Below, piece by piece: positions 9,636 through 24,600 of a DNA stretch of 64,000 nt. The stretch covers positions 1 to 64,000 of the forward strand of contig JAHLWZ010000579.1 in NCBI GenBank assembly GCA_020536535.1, given 5' to 3'. Each line of letters opens with the position of its first letter. Within the stretch, counting starts at the first letter, position 1. The translations under genes and the position numbers were made by a program. The notes under the pieces are model-generated. The model ran no database searches. It had not been told where the DNA came from and saw nothing but the letters and a program-made list of their open reading frames with translations. Source of the DNA: Pelomyxa schiedti. Lineage: Eukaryota > Protista > Evosea.

Positions 9636-12600
9636 ATGGCGGGCCAAATGGTGCGACGACTCTTCGGGTTGCGGATGAGATCTGCGTCTGCGGCACAAGC
9701 GCACGTCACATACTGCAGTATCATTGACGCGATATTGCCGAGGCTGAGAACAAACCCAACGTGGCGGCCTGCGGTCGACAACGATTATGGGCTGGCCGCG
9801 GCAATTGCCCTGGAAGAATTTGGCGAGCACGTGAGAAGGAGCGCGGAGACCGCCATTTTTAACAACCACGATATTATGTTATGGGCTATGATTCAGAGTA
9901 CATCGTCGTGCATTGCGAGCCTAGGACGAATATCTGACAGGGCTCCTTTACATAACTTTCCTCTTTTCCTCTACCTGTGCCTGACATTACTCAGGCATGT
10001 ATGAGGTTGAAGACAAACAAAAACCAACTTACAAACCTTTAGGCAGTGTGGCATAAGTTGCGCACCTTCTACCTCACGAATGGTAACTGTGTCCTTGCAG
10101 GACATCTGTGAGTGCACATTTATCCTTGGAAGTGACAGACAAAAACCATTTGACAGAGATGCTGAAATTGTTGAGGTATGTCTTCTATATAAGCTTCTTT
10201 CGTTAATCATTGATAGGCCCTCAGCAATGTGCAATTTTCCAGTCCAAGTTTATTTGATCTTCTTTGTAACTCTGTTCAACACCATCTTGATTATTCAGCA
10301 CTGTCTCCTTTAGCGCCTGTTGGAAATTGATACTTGAGTTACTCTAACTTCATCTTTAAGATGCATCAAATTTTTTTGCAACTATTGTTAGTTACTATTT
10401 ACAAGATTAAAACAAATTCAATACAACAGGTTTTAAGAACCTTTCAATTTGATTTGGCTCTAACCCACTTAGTCACTAGAGGGCTGGAAAGTCTATTGTG
10501 CACAGACTTTACCACAGCATCCATTTCAATGCGTTAACGAGTTTTTATGTTGGTATCTTCCCCAATCTTAGCTCCTTTCCTTATGAAAATTAAGTCCTCC
10601 AGTTCTTTGTACATCAGTTTCACATTCAAGTCCTGAGGCATCTTTATACTTTCTTCATGGTATTGTTTCTCTGGTTCAAAGACAAAGGGAAGCACTTTCA
10701 CAAGCTCATCTAAATCTTGTGCCTGAGGTGACATACTGGGCCTGTCCTGGGTCATTTTTGTTGCCCTATGGGGATATGACAGCTATCCAAGTTTTACTCC
10801 CATTTACCAATTTAGTATGCTGACCTCTTTAGGAATTAGCGAAGTGCTATTCAGGTCTCACTCTACTTCTGTGTTGTAGTGCTCAATCCCCTCTTCCTTA
10901 GATTTACTTGAGTTAACTTGTCCTGACCAACAAACTGAATTTACTAACCGACTTGCTCTCTGGTGGTATTGGGTGTTCTATGCAGTTGACAAACTTAATT
11001 TGCACTCGTGAGCTTTTTCACTTTTCAATACTTTCCTCTTGACTTTTTACCTTCAGGCATATGAAGATTATGATGACAAAGTTTTTTTCCAAGGTTTTTC
11101 TTTCCACTTGCCACCATCTTACCAACTACTTTTCCAAAGAAAACAATTACTTATGGTGCAGCGGCAGTTTTACATCAAGTTGATCCAGCATGTCCTAAAC
11201 ACTGGGTTATTGGTTGCATTAAAACTTACTGTGAAGGTGCTCCATCCCCACTTGCTGATATCTTCAAGTACAGTATAGTTCCATTACATTTCTTTTACAA
11301 ATAAAAGGATATCAACACCTTTTCTTGATGCGGATGTAATGAACTTTGTCATTGAAAAGAATTCTGGAAGGGAGACACTCATTCTCGCTCCACTATTTGA
11401 TCATTTTTGCACAGTCTTACTTGGAAGAAAAAAAAATAAGCCAGCCAGCTTTTCAGTGGAAACTCTTACTCTCCCTTTGGTGTCTGTCTTCAAGTCGTAC
11501 AGGGCATCTAACAGGTGATGATGTGCCAGGGAGAAAAAAAAATGACCTTTGTAGAATTGCTGAGTTCTTGGTAATACCATTACACTGTCCGAAATACTCT
11601 TCTTTGTTCTCAACTGACAATGTGGAACACAAGAAAGCCATCCTTACTATTCTATCAAATGTTAAAATACCACATGTTTCTTTCAATTAAAATCGGTTAG
11701 GTGGATGTTGTTACATTAGAGAAACAATTCACCTCCTTTATCACCCAGTTTACATCTCTTGAGGCACAAGTTCCTTATGCGAATTCACCATTATTTTGTA
11801 TTTTCTGTGCAACTATGGGTATTTCATTTCCTCTATACTTTGAGAGTTCTAACTTACTGATAGCCTCACTATTTATTCGGTTTTTTCTGCTTTTACTGAC
11901 ATCATCTAATTGCTTGTTTCCACAGGAATGTGATATCCCCTCAGTATAACAAAATAGTAGCACAACTGGTGCATCTTGGAGTGTGGATTGGCTCACTACT
12001 TCATGACCTCCCTCGAGCTCATAAAAACAGCACACTGGTGCGTGCACTACTTGTGGAGTGCTTGTCTTCCCGCCGTTCACTGAAAGTTGAGGAGATTCAG
12101 TTACTAAGAAAAAACTTTCTGGCTTTGTTCACATTACATGGTCAGTTTTCTTGCCAAGAACAAACCCTTCCTTTTGTCTCTGATTATGAAAGCTGTTGTG
12201 AGGAGGTAGAGTTTGATTGAAGTCTTTTCTATTTTGCACTCATTTCCCCAGCTCAAAAAAAGAATCAAAGAATACATAGAAAGTGTACATGAAAACATGG
12301 TAACAGAGAAACAAGTGGAATATCTTTGCCAATCTGACAAGTTGTTTTCAACAAACTTTCTTGCTTTCTTTTTCTAACTCCATACAGTACACAATATGAA
12401 CACCTTAAATGTATTGAGGAATCTCTTTTTCACTCAGCCACCCTCCCACCAATAACAACTTTCCGGAGTGAGTTTGCAAGGTTGAAGGATGAGCTTGTGT
12501 CACTCAGTATTACCCATAGCTGGCTAAAAGATAATCATGTGCAAGTTCCCTCTTTGTCTTTTACTGTAGAGGTATATCCTGATTTTTTTGCTCATTTTGT

Positions 12601-15600
12601 TGATAACAATAGGTTGATAAAGCTTCACTTCATGACCTGATTGTCTATGTTGAGGAACAAAAACAAGCTATTCATCTTCCTGACAGCTTGCGGAACTCTG
12701 TACTTTCACCTTTTCTAAAAATCTTACTTATTTTTCCTTGAAGTTGATCCATTTCGTTGTCAATCACAGTTCCTTTTTTAAAGCCATATTTCTTAAAAAA
12801 ACAGAATCACAGGTTTTTTGTTTAGAAACAACCTAGGACTCTAACCACCATAGGATATTACATGTGATAAACTACCAAGAATCATATCTTCAACATTAGA
12901 CAATCTTCAAAACCTTTTAACAGGAAAGATACCACTGCAGGAGGTTTATTTCCAAAGCTGTTTTGCGCATTTAATGTAAACTGAACTTATAGATTAAACC
13001 TCTCCGTCAATTTGCTGGCAAAGACTGGGCTAAGGAAATTCAACTACTGTATGGATAGACTCACCCTCTTCTTCCTGTTTTAATATAGGAAGGTCAAAAT
13101 TCTGGGAAAATACAGGGAACCCTCCTACATCAATACCGAACTTGCATTCTTCTTTTCTGCTGCTTGATTATATTCAACAACTGCCTTCTGTCTATGAGTG
13201 TTGTGAAAAATATAATGTTTGCAGTATTTCAGCATCTAAGTTGATGACTTTTACATCCAAATTGAACACAGAGCTGGTTTCCTTCCCGCCACTATCCTGC
13301 TTGTTTAAAATATTTCTAGCTTGCAGTAGATGAATTGGAGAAGATAGTGTCTACAATAAAAGAAGCAGTATGGAACCTAAACTCATAATGGAACTTATTA
13401 CCCAAGGTGTCTGGAATGAAACCTGCACACCTCTCAATTTTTGGAGCTATTTTCAATGCTGAAGATGCTCTTAACTGGTATAAGGTCTGCTTCTCGTAAT
13501 TTTTAATATACACTAATTCTATCCTCAGCAATTCACACAAAGAGAATTTGATGAAAAAGATGCTTTAGTCAGGGCCTCTACCCAAGGGTTTTATTCCCCT
13601 AATTCCCTGTTTCTTACATTTTTATTAGATGGTCATTTGGCCAAAAATTACATGTACTCTGCCACTTCTTTCTAATGTTTGTTTATTTCACACTAGTTGT
13701 GTGTTGTTAACGCTCAAAAACCACTCATGATTTTCCAATCTGTCTGTCAGCAAGAGAATTCCCAAAATCTGGAGTTATCAATATTGTGCCAGCAGCTTCT
13801 AAAAATTACTGGTGGCGACAATGCAGATATAGAACTTATTATACACAATATTTCCATAGTGTCAGAAAATATAGCTCAAGTGAAGCTGATGTTTTCTCAA
13901 CAAAGTGCTCTAAGTCTTGATTCCCTTCTTCCATGTAGGTATTTAGCCTCAATTGCAATTAATAGCCATTAGGTATAAAAAAGCTAAGGCAAGATGGCCA
14001 ATACTGTAGCAGGCTTTCTCTTCATCCTCATGGAGAAGCCCTTTTCTTAGTTTTAAAGCCAGAAAATAGGATCGAAACTCATGCCTACCTTGTTGATCGT
14101 ATCAAAGCTTGGAAAATTTTCATAGACAGTATTTTTGTTATCTCCTCAGCTTATTTGTGACCACACGTACTAGAAAACGATGTGAACACATCTGAGGTGA
14201 AGCAGTTTGCGAAAATATTTTCACGTGCAGAGGTTCTTTTTTCTCTCCAACAGCAATTAATAACTGTCTCTTGAAGAAAATTCACAAAATGCGCCTGCAT
14301 TTGGAAGCACTTGGGTACCCAGAGATTTTTGGCTATCCTCATCTGCCAAACCAAAAACAAACCTTTGAAACAATACTCAATAGTCCACATGCCCTAATGG
14401 AACCTGAAGCTCTTAAAACTTTAAAGAACCAGGTTTGTGAAGAATATTTTGGCAATGGCTAAATCAGCCAACTCAGTTAGAAGAAATTCTAAGGAACTGG
14501 AAGAACACACTTGACGAAGTGTGCATGCATCAAAACCGCCTTTATTTCTTGAGTCCCCAGCAGATCACCATGTTTTCAGTCAAACTTGCACTATTCCATG
14601 ACCCTCCCAAATCCAACAAAGCCTCAAGTGAATCCATATATCCTTATTTATGGGCATGCTTCCCTGAAAAGGAGATAGTGGCACCTCAGATTATTCCCAT
14701 TTGCTTCAAACAATCTTTGCCTATTGTCACACACAAACTTGGGCATACCCTTAAACAGCCATTCTCACAATTGCCCGTATATGATCTCCTCCAGATCATG
14801 TCAGGCTTTGTCACATGTTGTGAAGAGTACTTGAAACCAAGCCCAAAAAGCAACATAGAGACCCCAGAGCAAGAAACCTCAGCACATCAACAGGAAAAGA
14901 TCCGAGTTTTACTTGCTGAGAACTTTGCGCCCAATGAGCAGCTGCATCTCCTTTTTTACTGCTTTAATTTTCAACCCCCCCACCCATCGTGCATCATGTA
15001 TGGAAAAACCACAACAAAACTGCAGATCCACCACTTCATGTGCTGTGTAAAAAGGTTCCCGCACCTAATTTTCGCCATTGTTGGTGTTAATGAGATGGTT
15101 GAGGAACTAAGAAACTCTCTTTTCGAATGGTGCAATGAAAAACTTTCCAAGGAAGAACCTATGGCTATACTATTTCTGATTTTCACATCTTCCAGTAGCA
15201 TTGATCACTTTACTTCTTTTGAGAGGAAGGATAAAAGTATGTTACTTGATGCATCCACAAAATTGACCAACCCACTGCAACTGGAAAATATCTCGGTGAG
15301 AGGAAGATTTATTGTGAAGATCTATGCAGGAGATGCCAGGAGTGGAAAAACGACGGAGATCAGGCAGAAGATGCGTCTTTGCAGACAAGGCATCAACTCT
15401 TGTGTTATCAGCATCACTGAAGGCTTTACCATTCAAAGTGCTCGGAAACAATTGAAAACACTACTACGTCAAGTACCAGATACACGAAATCAGGACTTCA
15501 CTATTAATATTCATATTGATATAAGTGCATACGCTGACTTCTTTCTTGTTGGGAAGCTCATGTATAACTTGGTCATGTGGAAAGTTATTTTTGATGACAA

Positions 15601-18600
15601 AACCGGGAAGGTCCTAGCATTGAATATCAGACCTAATGTAAAATGGAACATGTTCGTGGAATTGGCCGCCTCACCTGAAGGGGAGGGACAAGGCTTTCCA
15701 TCCCCAGAGGCCGTTATCCAAAATATTGCCATCTTGTGGCATTTGAGGAATTTTGACCTCAGCTCTGCCCTTGTGGTGCGTCATTGCACATGTGAGTTTA
15801 TTGTTGATGAAGACAGTTCTCTTGTAGCGAAGTTCATTGAAGGAAAAGGCATGATGAGGGATATTCAAAGATTTGTCACATATTTAAACCAAAACCTACT
15901 CAATCAACCAACAGCAACAATTCTAAGTAAATTTTTTGCACAATTACATGTTCATGATGTGAATATGCAGCTGCGATACCAGCAGAAGCATTTTGTTTCT
16001 TTAATGGCTGATAGGTGCAAATGGCTTCAAAAACATTCTGAGGAGAGACTCAAATTATTGAGTAATGTTGAATTCGCAGAAAATGCAGAGCAAATGCTCT
16101 CTGTTTCCAAACTATTTGATTTATTTGTAGATGAATCTATTTCATTGTGCAAGCTGTCCCTTGATATGGATACTCAATTTTTCATTGCGCGGGAGCATCT
16201 CCAAACTGTTCACGAGGAGAGTATGATCCCTCCCTTACCTACAGCTCTGGCCTTCATGCGGACTCTGCCATATTCCGCTCTGAGCAGTATGCATATTCTC
16301 ACACTCGAACAGGCTCAAGATGAAACCCAATTGAGGCGGGAGTTATCACTAGCATTTGGTGTCTCTAATTTACGCAGTATAATTGAGCAGCAACAATATA
16401 TTTTGACTCCTGATTTCGCACTCAAGCTGCTCATCCTGTATGATCACATGAAAGCTGGCCACAACCTTACACTATGTGGAGGAACTGGAACAGGGAAGAC
16501 TGAGTTGCTAAATATCTTCAGTGTTATTATAAATGCCAATACCAAACTTGTTCCTGACTTACTCTGGAAGCTTCACAAGTTTGTCTTCACCAAATTGGTT
16601 AACAGACTTCCCATTTCCCCACGGGATAGAGAAGAATATTCCCAATTGAAATTTCCACTGGACCCCACAACTTTTGGCAAGTCCGTAATGCATTTGTGCT
16701 CCCTTTCCCCGATGACATCCTCTGTTGTCTCTAAAAGAAGCACAGTGAACATTGGACCTGTTCATTCCACAGAGATGCCTCTGCCAGACCAAAATACATC
16801 AATTTTTCCTTATGTTGCCCATCATTGCATCCAATTCATACGAAAGTATCTGGAGAAAAACCCTCACATCATAAGGAGTGTACTTCTGGGAAGAGTATTT
16901 GAGCCTTCTCTCACTCAGCCAATCACCTTACAGGGAAAAGGGTATGTTGCTGATACTGCTGAAGACCTTATTCAGATTTTGCTTGAATTCATGCAAGCCA
17001 AGTTTAGTTCCTTTTTTTACAGGATAAGGATGCACCAAAAAATCACTGCTGATGAATTCAGAGGCCGAATCGAGGAAATAAAAATTAGAGCCCAAAATAT
17101 CCCCTCAGAAGGCAAGATTGTTTGCTTTATTGATGAATGCACTTCAACAAATATTCTCGGCATGATAAAAGAAGTTATTTGTGATTGTCAGATTGATGGG
17201 AATCCCCTGCCAAAGAATATTTTTTTCACTGCTGCATTGAACAAAAATATAAGTACAGATAAGTCAAGGACACTTCTACCTATTTCCCTCAATAGCGACC
17301 CCCTTCACTTTGACTTTGTGGGATTACATTCTGAACTAGCCAATAAAGCCTTTGCCGTTCGTGCACCTCCACTCTCCCTGGAAACCCTCATGTTTGACTT
17401 TGGAAAATTCTCAGCACAGCAAGAAAAAAGCTTCACAGAGAGATTAATATCGGCTCGAGTATTGTATTCAGAGCAACACGGAAGAGAAATAGCCCAGACG
17501 ATACTACTGGGACAGGAATTCTTGCGGAAAGCGAATATTCACCGTGTCACAGCTAGTATTCGTGACATTGTTAGGGCTGTCGATTTGTACATATATTTTA
17601 TGAGGCACCCCCAGTTCATGCATGGACTTCCTCCTGAACCAGACACTGACTCTCCAGAATGGAAGAGATTTTTGTGTGCCATGCATTGGCAGGCACTGGT
17701 TTATACCCTCTTTCTACACTCTCCTTGTTAAATTCGTACAGGGTTTATCCATTGCCATGAACTACTTCTTTCGTCTCCCATCTCCAGAAATCTTAGAACA
17801 ACAAGGAACAGAAAACTTAAATGTTCAAAAGAATTCAAAATTCACACGAGTGAAATTTCAAGAAGAACTTGAGACATTCTTAACATCTGGAGGAGTGTTA
17901 AATGTTCCACCCTGCTTGCTTATGTTTCAAGATTTCATCCATGCAGTACTAAGGCAGGTTTGTCTGTCAACTGAGTTACCTCTTGGGATAGCCAAGACCA
18001 ATGCATTCATGGAAAATTTATTTTGCACAGTGGTGTGCTTGGATGCCAAGATCCCACTAATTATAGTGGGTCCACCGTATGCTTGGGAATTACTCTTTTT
18101 TTTTTCTAATTTATACATAGGGGGTGTTCCAAAACACTCAGTTTTAAGATTGCTGCTGATAATATGAAAGGGAGAACATCAAAGTCTGCATTCTACCGAA
18201 AGCTTCATCATATTATCCCCTTTAGGTAATTGAATCTATTTTGTTCTGGTTCATTCACAGTATTAAAGATACCAGTGTAGTGAGCAGTCGACAGATATTG
18301 AAATAAAAGCTGTCTATAAAGCTGCCATCCAGCGGGAGAATACATTTGGATCCCAATCAGAGGAGTTATGTGCAGTCATGCTTGATGAAGTTGGATTGCC
18401 TAATGAAGTAGAATCCCCTTTGAAGGTATTAATTCATTTACCAGAAGGCCAGTCTCACCACCTCCAGATTCTCCATTTTAAACTAGATCACCCCAAAGTG
18501 AGCTCAGTTCTCCTCTCTAATCGAATCCTGGACGAAGCCAAGACAAACAGATGCTTAATGCTGCTGCAGAGCGAACCTCCTTGTGATGACCTTCAAACTC

Positions 18601-21600
18601 TTGCCGAAGGTTGCTTGTATGGGGATGATACAACTATCCCGCGGAGTACCAAGGACATCCTGGCAGGACTGTGCACTGCTTATCTTGAGGAAGTAGTGAA
18701 AAATTATGGGCCGCCCTACCCCTCTCGGTTTTTCCATCTTAGGGACTTCGTTTATTTTTTGCGCTACTTGCATAAGTATTCTGAGTTGAATTGCAACACT
18801 TTTGACATTACTCCCTCACAAGTCTATTCTGGTTTGAGACGTAATTTTGGGGGTATTGATCAAAATGCCTTTGATTCTCTTGCAACCACCTTTTTTTCCC
18901 ACGTGAACACTGCACTTGCTCGGAATGCGTGTGCTCTGTGGACTTCCCCATCAAAGGAAAGAAGAACAGAAATTGATGTTTTGCAAGAGAGCCTTGCAGA
19001 GAAGTTGTCCAGTGAAGACGACCCTAATACTTCTGCTTTTAGATATATAATGCTTGTAATTCCCATTCAGTGTTCTTCTTGATGCTCACCTCATCAAGCT
19101 TGACCCTACAGACAATGAAGTTGCCGTGCAGCTTCTTTTTGATCTCACACTCTGTGATAAAGAACACACAACAGTGTGCCACGTTAGTGACTTCCGCGAT
19201 GATAGCGATCAAGTATGACAATCCATAGAGTACCTTAAGTCAAATAAATTTAGAGAGTCAAAGCAACTGTAGTGGAGCAAGTGAAAACTGCGATGGAAAC
19301 TGGTCAAGAACTCCTTAACTTCCCGTTTTAACATCTTGTAGGGGGGACGATTATCTTGGTTAACTCAACAACTATCCACAGGTACATATTTACCAACCGA
19401 TCATCACTCAATTTCCCCAGTTCATTCTACGATGTTTTCAACCGGCATTATACTGTAATGTTCAACAGTGAAGACGAAAGGAATAAGGATCCTCTGAAAC
19501 GGAAAAGAATATGCTATGCCAATCTGGCAGCTGGTTCATTTACACAACCTTGCATAGTGCACGATGATTTTCGAGTGATTGTACATGTCCCAAAGAATGC
19601 ACTGCAAAAAATACCTACTCCCCTCCTGAACCGTTTTGAGAAATATTCTCTTAGCATCGATGATGCCTTATTTTATCAAAGTTCCTGTCTCAACCTTAAA
19701 CATATCAATTCTCCATTTGGATACGCTCCGCCATTTGAGGTCTTGAAACGTGGTGTTGATCGTATGGTCCAAGAATTGCACATTAAGGTTTCCAACTCTC
19801 GCCTTCTCTGTGGTGCAAATCTCTCTGAAACAGTCTGCTCACTGATTCTTTTAATTCTTGAGCGGACCAAAAATAATGCTGCTACTGCATATGGTGTAAC
19901 GAATTTTGATAATGTGGCTCCAATTTTTCCTCCTCACCTTGGGGATTCGTCACACCCCATCAAACTTGAAATTGACAATACACACTGGCTTGATAACATA
20001 CGGGATTACCTAGCTGAAGCAAACTTACACATCCTTCAGCTTGCAAAGCCAGAGTCGATATACTTTTGTAAGGCGCTTCCCAAGAAGTACCTGGAGAATT
20101 ATCTGCTCAAACAGGAGCACTTTTCCCTCTTTCGATTTCTTGGGTTGGTACTGAAAGACCGTTCTTCTTGCTCCGATTTTACTTCCAAATGGTGCATCTT
20201 CATGAGAACAAGCCCAGAACTTGCTCATCTTTCCACAAATAAGCAACTGAGACAAAGGCTATTGGAATTGATGAACAAGACCGCCATACTTGAAGATGGT
20301 GTTACAGGGATGGATATTTTTTCCCTTTCAGATTTTGGATCTAGTCAGCACTGTGTTGAATATGTCCACCAATTTGGCCAATCAAAGACAAAAAAGCTAT
20401 TACTTTGCACAGTGGATACTGCACGCTGCAGTACAAGCCAGATCAACTTCTTGAGAAATGAAATCAATGAAACTTGGAAAGGGGCAGTGGAAACTGAAAG
20501 ACGTGTTGCTGTGGTTGTTTTGCATTTCCCTCCTGAAATCGGAAGCGTGACTGGTGCATATCAAGCCATTTTCCAAAGGGGGTGGGATTTCAGTTACATT
20601 GACTCGCTTGGGATACTGCCCTCTTCACATCACCTAATTGAAGATGACTCAAGGCAAACACTTGAAGAAGTCAACCCACGTGCCTGGTTAACAAGGGCGT
20701 TTGGTATTAGCAATGAGACGAATTTGAAACAATCAACTGAACTTGGCGTAGTTGCCTTCAAAGATTCCTTCTTTGACTTGTTGCAGGAATTTTGTATGAA
20801 TATGACTGGAAGTGGCCTGGCTGCTTGTCCTACTTTAACAGTAGCAGAAGCAAGAGAGTTCTATGGCCTATCAACACCAAGCCAGCGTTATGACATACTG
20901 AGAAAAATGTTTGAGGGCAATCCACCACTTTTCCAGGGTATCCTAGAACAATTTAGTAGATCCTGGAGTATGGACTTTCTGTATAAGCTCGTCCATAATG
21001 TGAGTGAAGAGATATGCAATGGCACATGTGACAAAAGCTTTGTTGGTGTAATTTCATCTTCCTTGCATATTTTTATGGTTCCACTCATGAAACGCATGCT
21101 TGGGATGATGCTTTCATCATACGGTCTCAATCCTATCCTGAACATTTTCAATGAAAATGAGAGACATGCCGAAATAATGATGGAACTAGTACATTATGTG
21201 TATTGCACAATTCCAATACCCCAATTGAGCCAGGCCGAATTTATCAGGTACAGGGATGTGTTCCCTGCTGTGCCAATTTTACGAATGCACCCATTCCCAA
21301 GTGAATTGCCCTTCTATGACCCAATTTCCCAATTAGTCCTTCACCACATCAAGTTGGCAGAGCGGGAGCTTAGGCACACAAACCCGACACCTCACGACCT
21401 GTACAAAAAAACGGATGCGTCGATAAAAGATGACGCAAACTTATCATCGATGCTTGAGCACATTAGTAGCCATCCAGCTCTCTTGAAGCCCTTTGAGCAG
21501 GATTATTTAATGCGCTCTCTTAAAATATACAGCCTGCATCCCTTGCAGTTCAAGCAACTCTCTGAATCAGATGTTGAGCTCAATAGGCAAAGTTGGGAGG

Positions 21601-24600
21601 AGTTTTTAGAGATAATTCTAGGCCTGGTTCGTTCTTACCGTATATCGTTATTGAATGATATTCCCAATCTGTTTGTCATCAAACGTTTTCATGAGCACGA
21701 CATAAGCTACTTCAGAACCCTTATGACACCCCTGCAAATTCTCGATCCGCCGCCAAGCAAAGAGCAGATTCAAAGTATCAAACAGGTGCCGCAACTCCAT
21801 ACCCTCACTGAAATGGAGCAATGGGTGACCAGGAATATGTCAGATCTGTTATGGCGTCGCTTAGTGGAGGAAATACTACCCAACCCCAAAAGTGGCACAC
21901 TACTTGTTAACTGGGGGAAAGCATATCGTCGTTTTTTCTGCACACTCAAACCAAGGAACTCGCTAGAAATCGTTCTCTCTACATATCCAAAAACTCTTCT
22001 TCAACTCGATTGCTTAAGAGTAGTTTTCCTTCTTCTTTTTGATACTATGAAAATCACGACTCTGGATCCTACATTCCCTTTACTATCCAGTACAAGATTT
22101 GTGGAAATCCTCTTCACATTTACTAATCAGTACTACAATGCTGCCGACCGTCTTAAGAACGGGCTCATCCTCGTATCGGAGCTCTTGCTCCCAGATCAGA
22201 TCTGTTGTTGTTCTGAGGCAGCGCATCATATCTTCGAGTATTTCCTCATGGAATTCGGGAAGAGTTCGCAAGGGATGTCCAATAATTGTAAAAGCAACTT
22301 ATGGGTCTTTTTAAAGGTTTGTACCTCCTGTACTTATCTCCACGGCTTAGATCTTAGTTATGTAACCAAACACTGGCGGAATCAGAAAGCAATGCCTTTC
22401 TAAAGCAGGTGAGTGGGGATTTATCTGCGGATTTTGGCTGGACAGCAAACTTCTTGCATTCCTGGATAGAAACCAAGTCTCAGCCTTGGGTTGACGAAAT
22501 TTACTCACTCATAGCAGAGGTTTTTAAAAGTTTTTTTTCATTTCATTAAAAGGCCCATAGGTTATTGCCGAAGATATTCACTCCTTCAATGCAACAAAAT
22601 ACATTTGTAGGCCAGATCTTTTTTCTCCAGAACGTCCAGGATTACTCTACCCATTAGAATATTTGCTTTTCCAATGTAAAGTGAGTTCACTCCAAAGTTC
22701 TCAAGATGAAACATCCCCGTCATCATCTGCAAGTCTTAAAGAAATAATTGCTGCATATAAAACGCCAGGGAACTGGAACACAGGCAAAATCATTGGCCCA
22801 CTTAACTACTTACCTTGTTTTAGCTGGTGAATGTGTACTGTATCAGATCACGAAAGCTGCGTATGGGGTGCATGTTGTCCAAAAATGTGCTTCTATGCTT
22901 AACAGTGGTGTCACTCTTGCAGAATTGCGGAAAAGTGGTTTGATGGACCCTCTCAGCCAAGTTGTTTTGTTCAGATATTCTCTCCTCTTATTCCTACTAG
23001 ATACTAGCGTCACCCACTGCTCCAATAAACATTAAGAAATTCTTCCTCAAATGCATCTCCAAGGAACAACTTGTTAGTTCCTTAGTTCAAGACCAGAATT
23101 CTCTTAACCTCCTTGGGATACCTGAAATGTTTCCTCACTGCATTACAAATTTGAGAAATTGACAAGGTGAAATAGGTACTATAAGCGAGGTTCCAAATCA
23201 AAGAGATTTCGTGCTCTCCGAGATAGTCCCTCATCCTTCTGCATTGTTAGCTGGCGCCTGTTGACTCAGTTATCTTCTAAACTCCCCACTGACTGTCTAT
23301 TGCGCGATTTTTTACATATGAAGTCACAACTACACGCAATAACACATCTTCCTGCACTTGTTACCTTTTACAAGCATATCAATGATGTATTTGCGCCTTT
23401 ACTCACTGGTGAGGCTACATTGTACATGAACTATCTAAAAATGTGCTGTAGAGAAGCAGCTCCACCTATCCATTGGAGAATGTGTCCAGATTATTGTTGA
23501 TACCAATCCAGAAGTGCAAGAAGTAATTTCTAGAAGTTTTACAAACTTTCTGGCAGCATGGAGGGACTCCAGAATTTCATTCCGGTTTCTTCCTAAAGCA
23601 TCTTCCTCCCACCTTACAAAATCAGACAAGCAGAATTTCCTGAAATAACTGAAAGGACTCCCTTCTTGGCTCTTGTACACTTGCCTCAAACGGGGGGAAG
23701 CGATATCATTTTTCGCATGGTCACTGCCATTATTGACACACAGAACAAATTAATCAATTTACGCAATGGCAACGACAACGGTATTGTATCTCCCTTTGCC
23801 GGGCTTTTGTCTAAGAATTCAGATGAAATAAACCCCTATGGCTTCCTCTTCGAGAAATATACTCTCACTTACTATGTTGAGTTTCTCCCTGACTCCCCTG
23901 AACTTCGTACAAGAGCTATCACTTGTTTTATAGAATGACACTATGCAGATCTCTTAGTGCCAGGAGAGGACCCTGACTCTATTGCACAAAACATATTTCC
24001 GTATATAACTTTTTCTGATTCAAACCACTTGAATATTGCAGAGAATTCTAAAACACTCCGCAAACAGGTTTAAGAAAATCTTGAATTACCTTCAGTTTCT
24101 TACCATTAAAGATAATTGGAAAATATCTTGCTGGAAAAGTTTTCCTATCAGCATCCACCTTTCACACAGTTTTCCCTTTGGAGACGCTAAGTGACCTGGT
24201 TTCCTGCAAAACTGTACTGAGCCCCTTCTTCAAGTCCAGTCGTACCTTATTCCCAGTAGGTGACAGAACCGAAAGTACCTCTGAAAACTCCCTCAATGAT
24301 TGCGGCCTTTCAACAGGAAGTTGACAAGTAGCAAATACTGTACATTATTATGAGCTTACTCTTTTGAAGACTGCCAAAGGAATTTCATGCCGAAATGAGC
24401 CTCACATTGCAACACCGTTTGGAAGCATGTTTGCATGGTATCGCAAGCCAGCAGTAATAATAAACTTACATCTGACTCAGGGAAAAATGAAGACTCACTC
24501 AGAAGCTTGATTGTTCAACTTTCTCAGATCGCTAAGGCTTTACATCGTCGGTGGAGAATAAACAAAGATCTACACAATGATCTGCTATGCCATTTATGGG

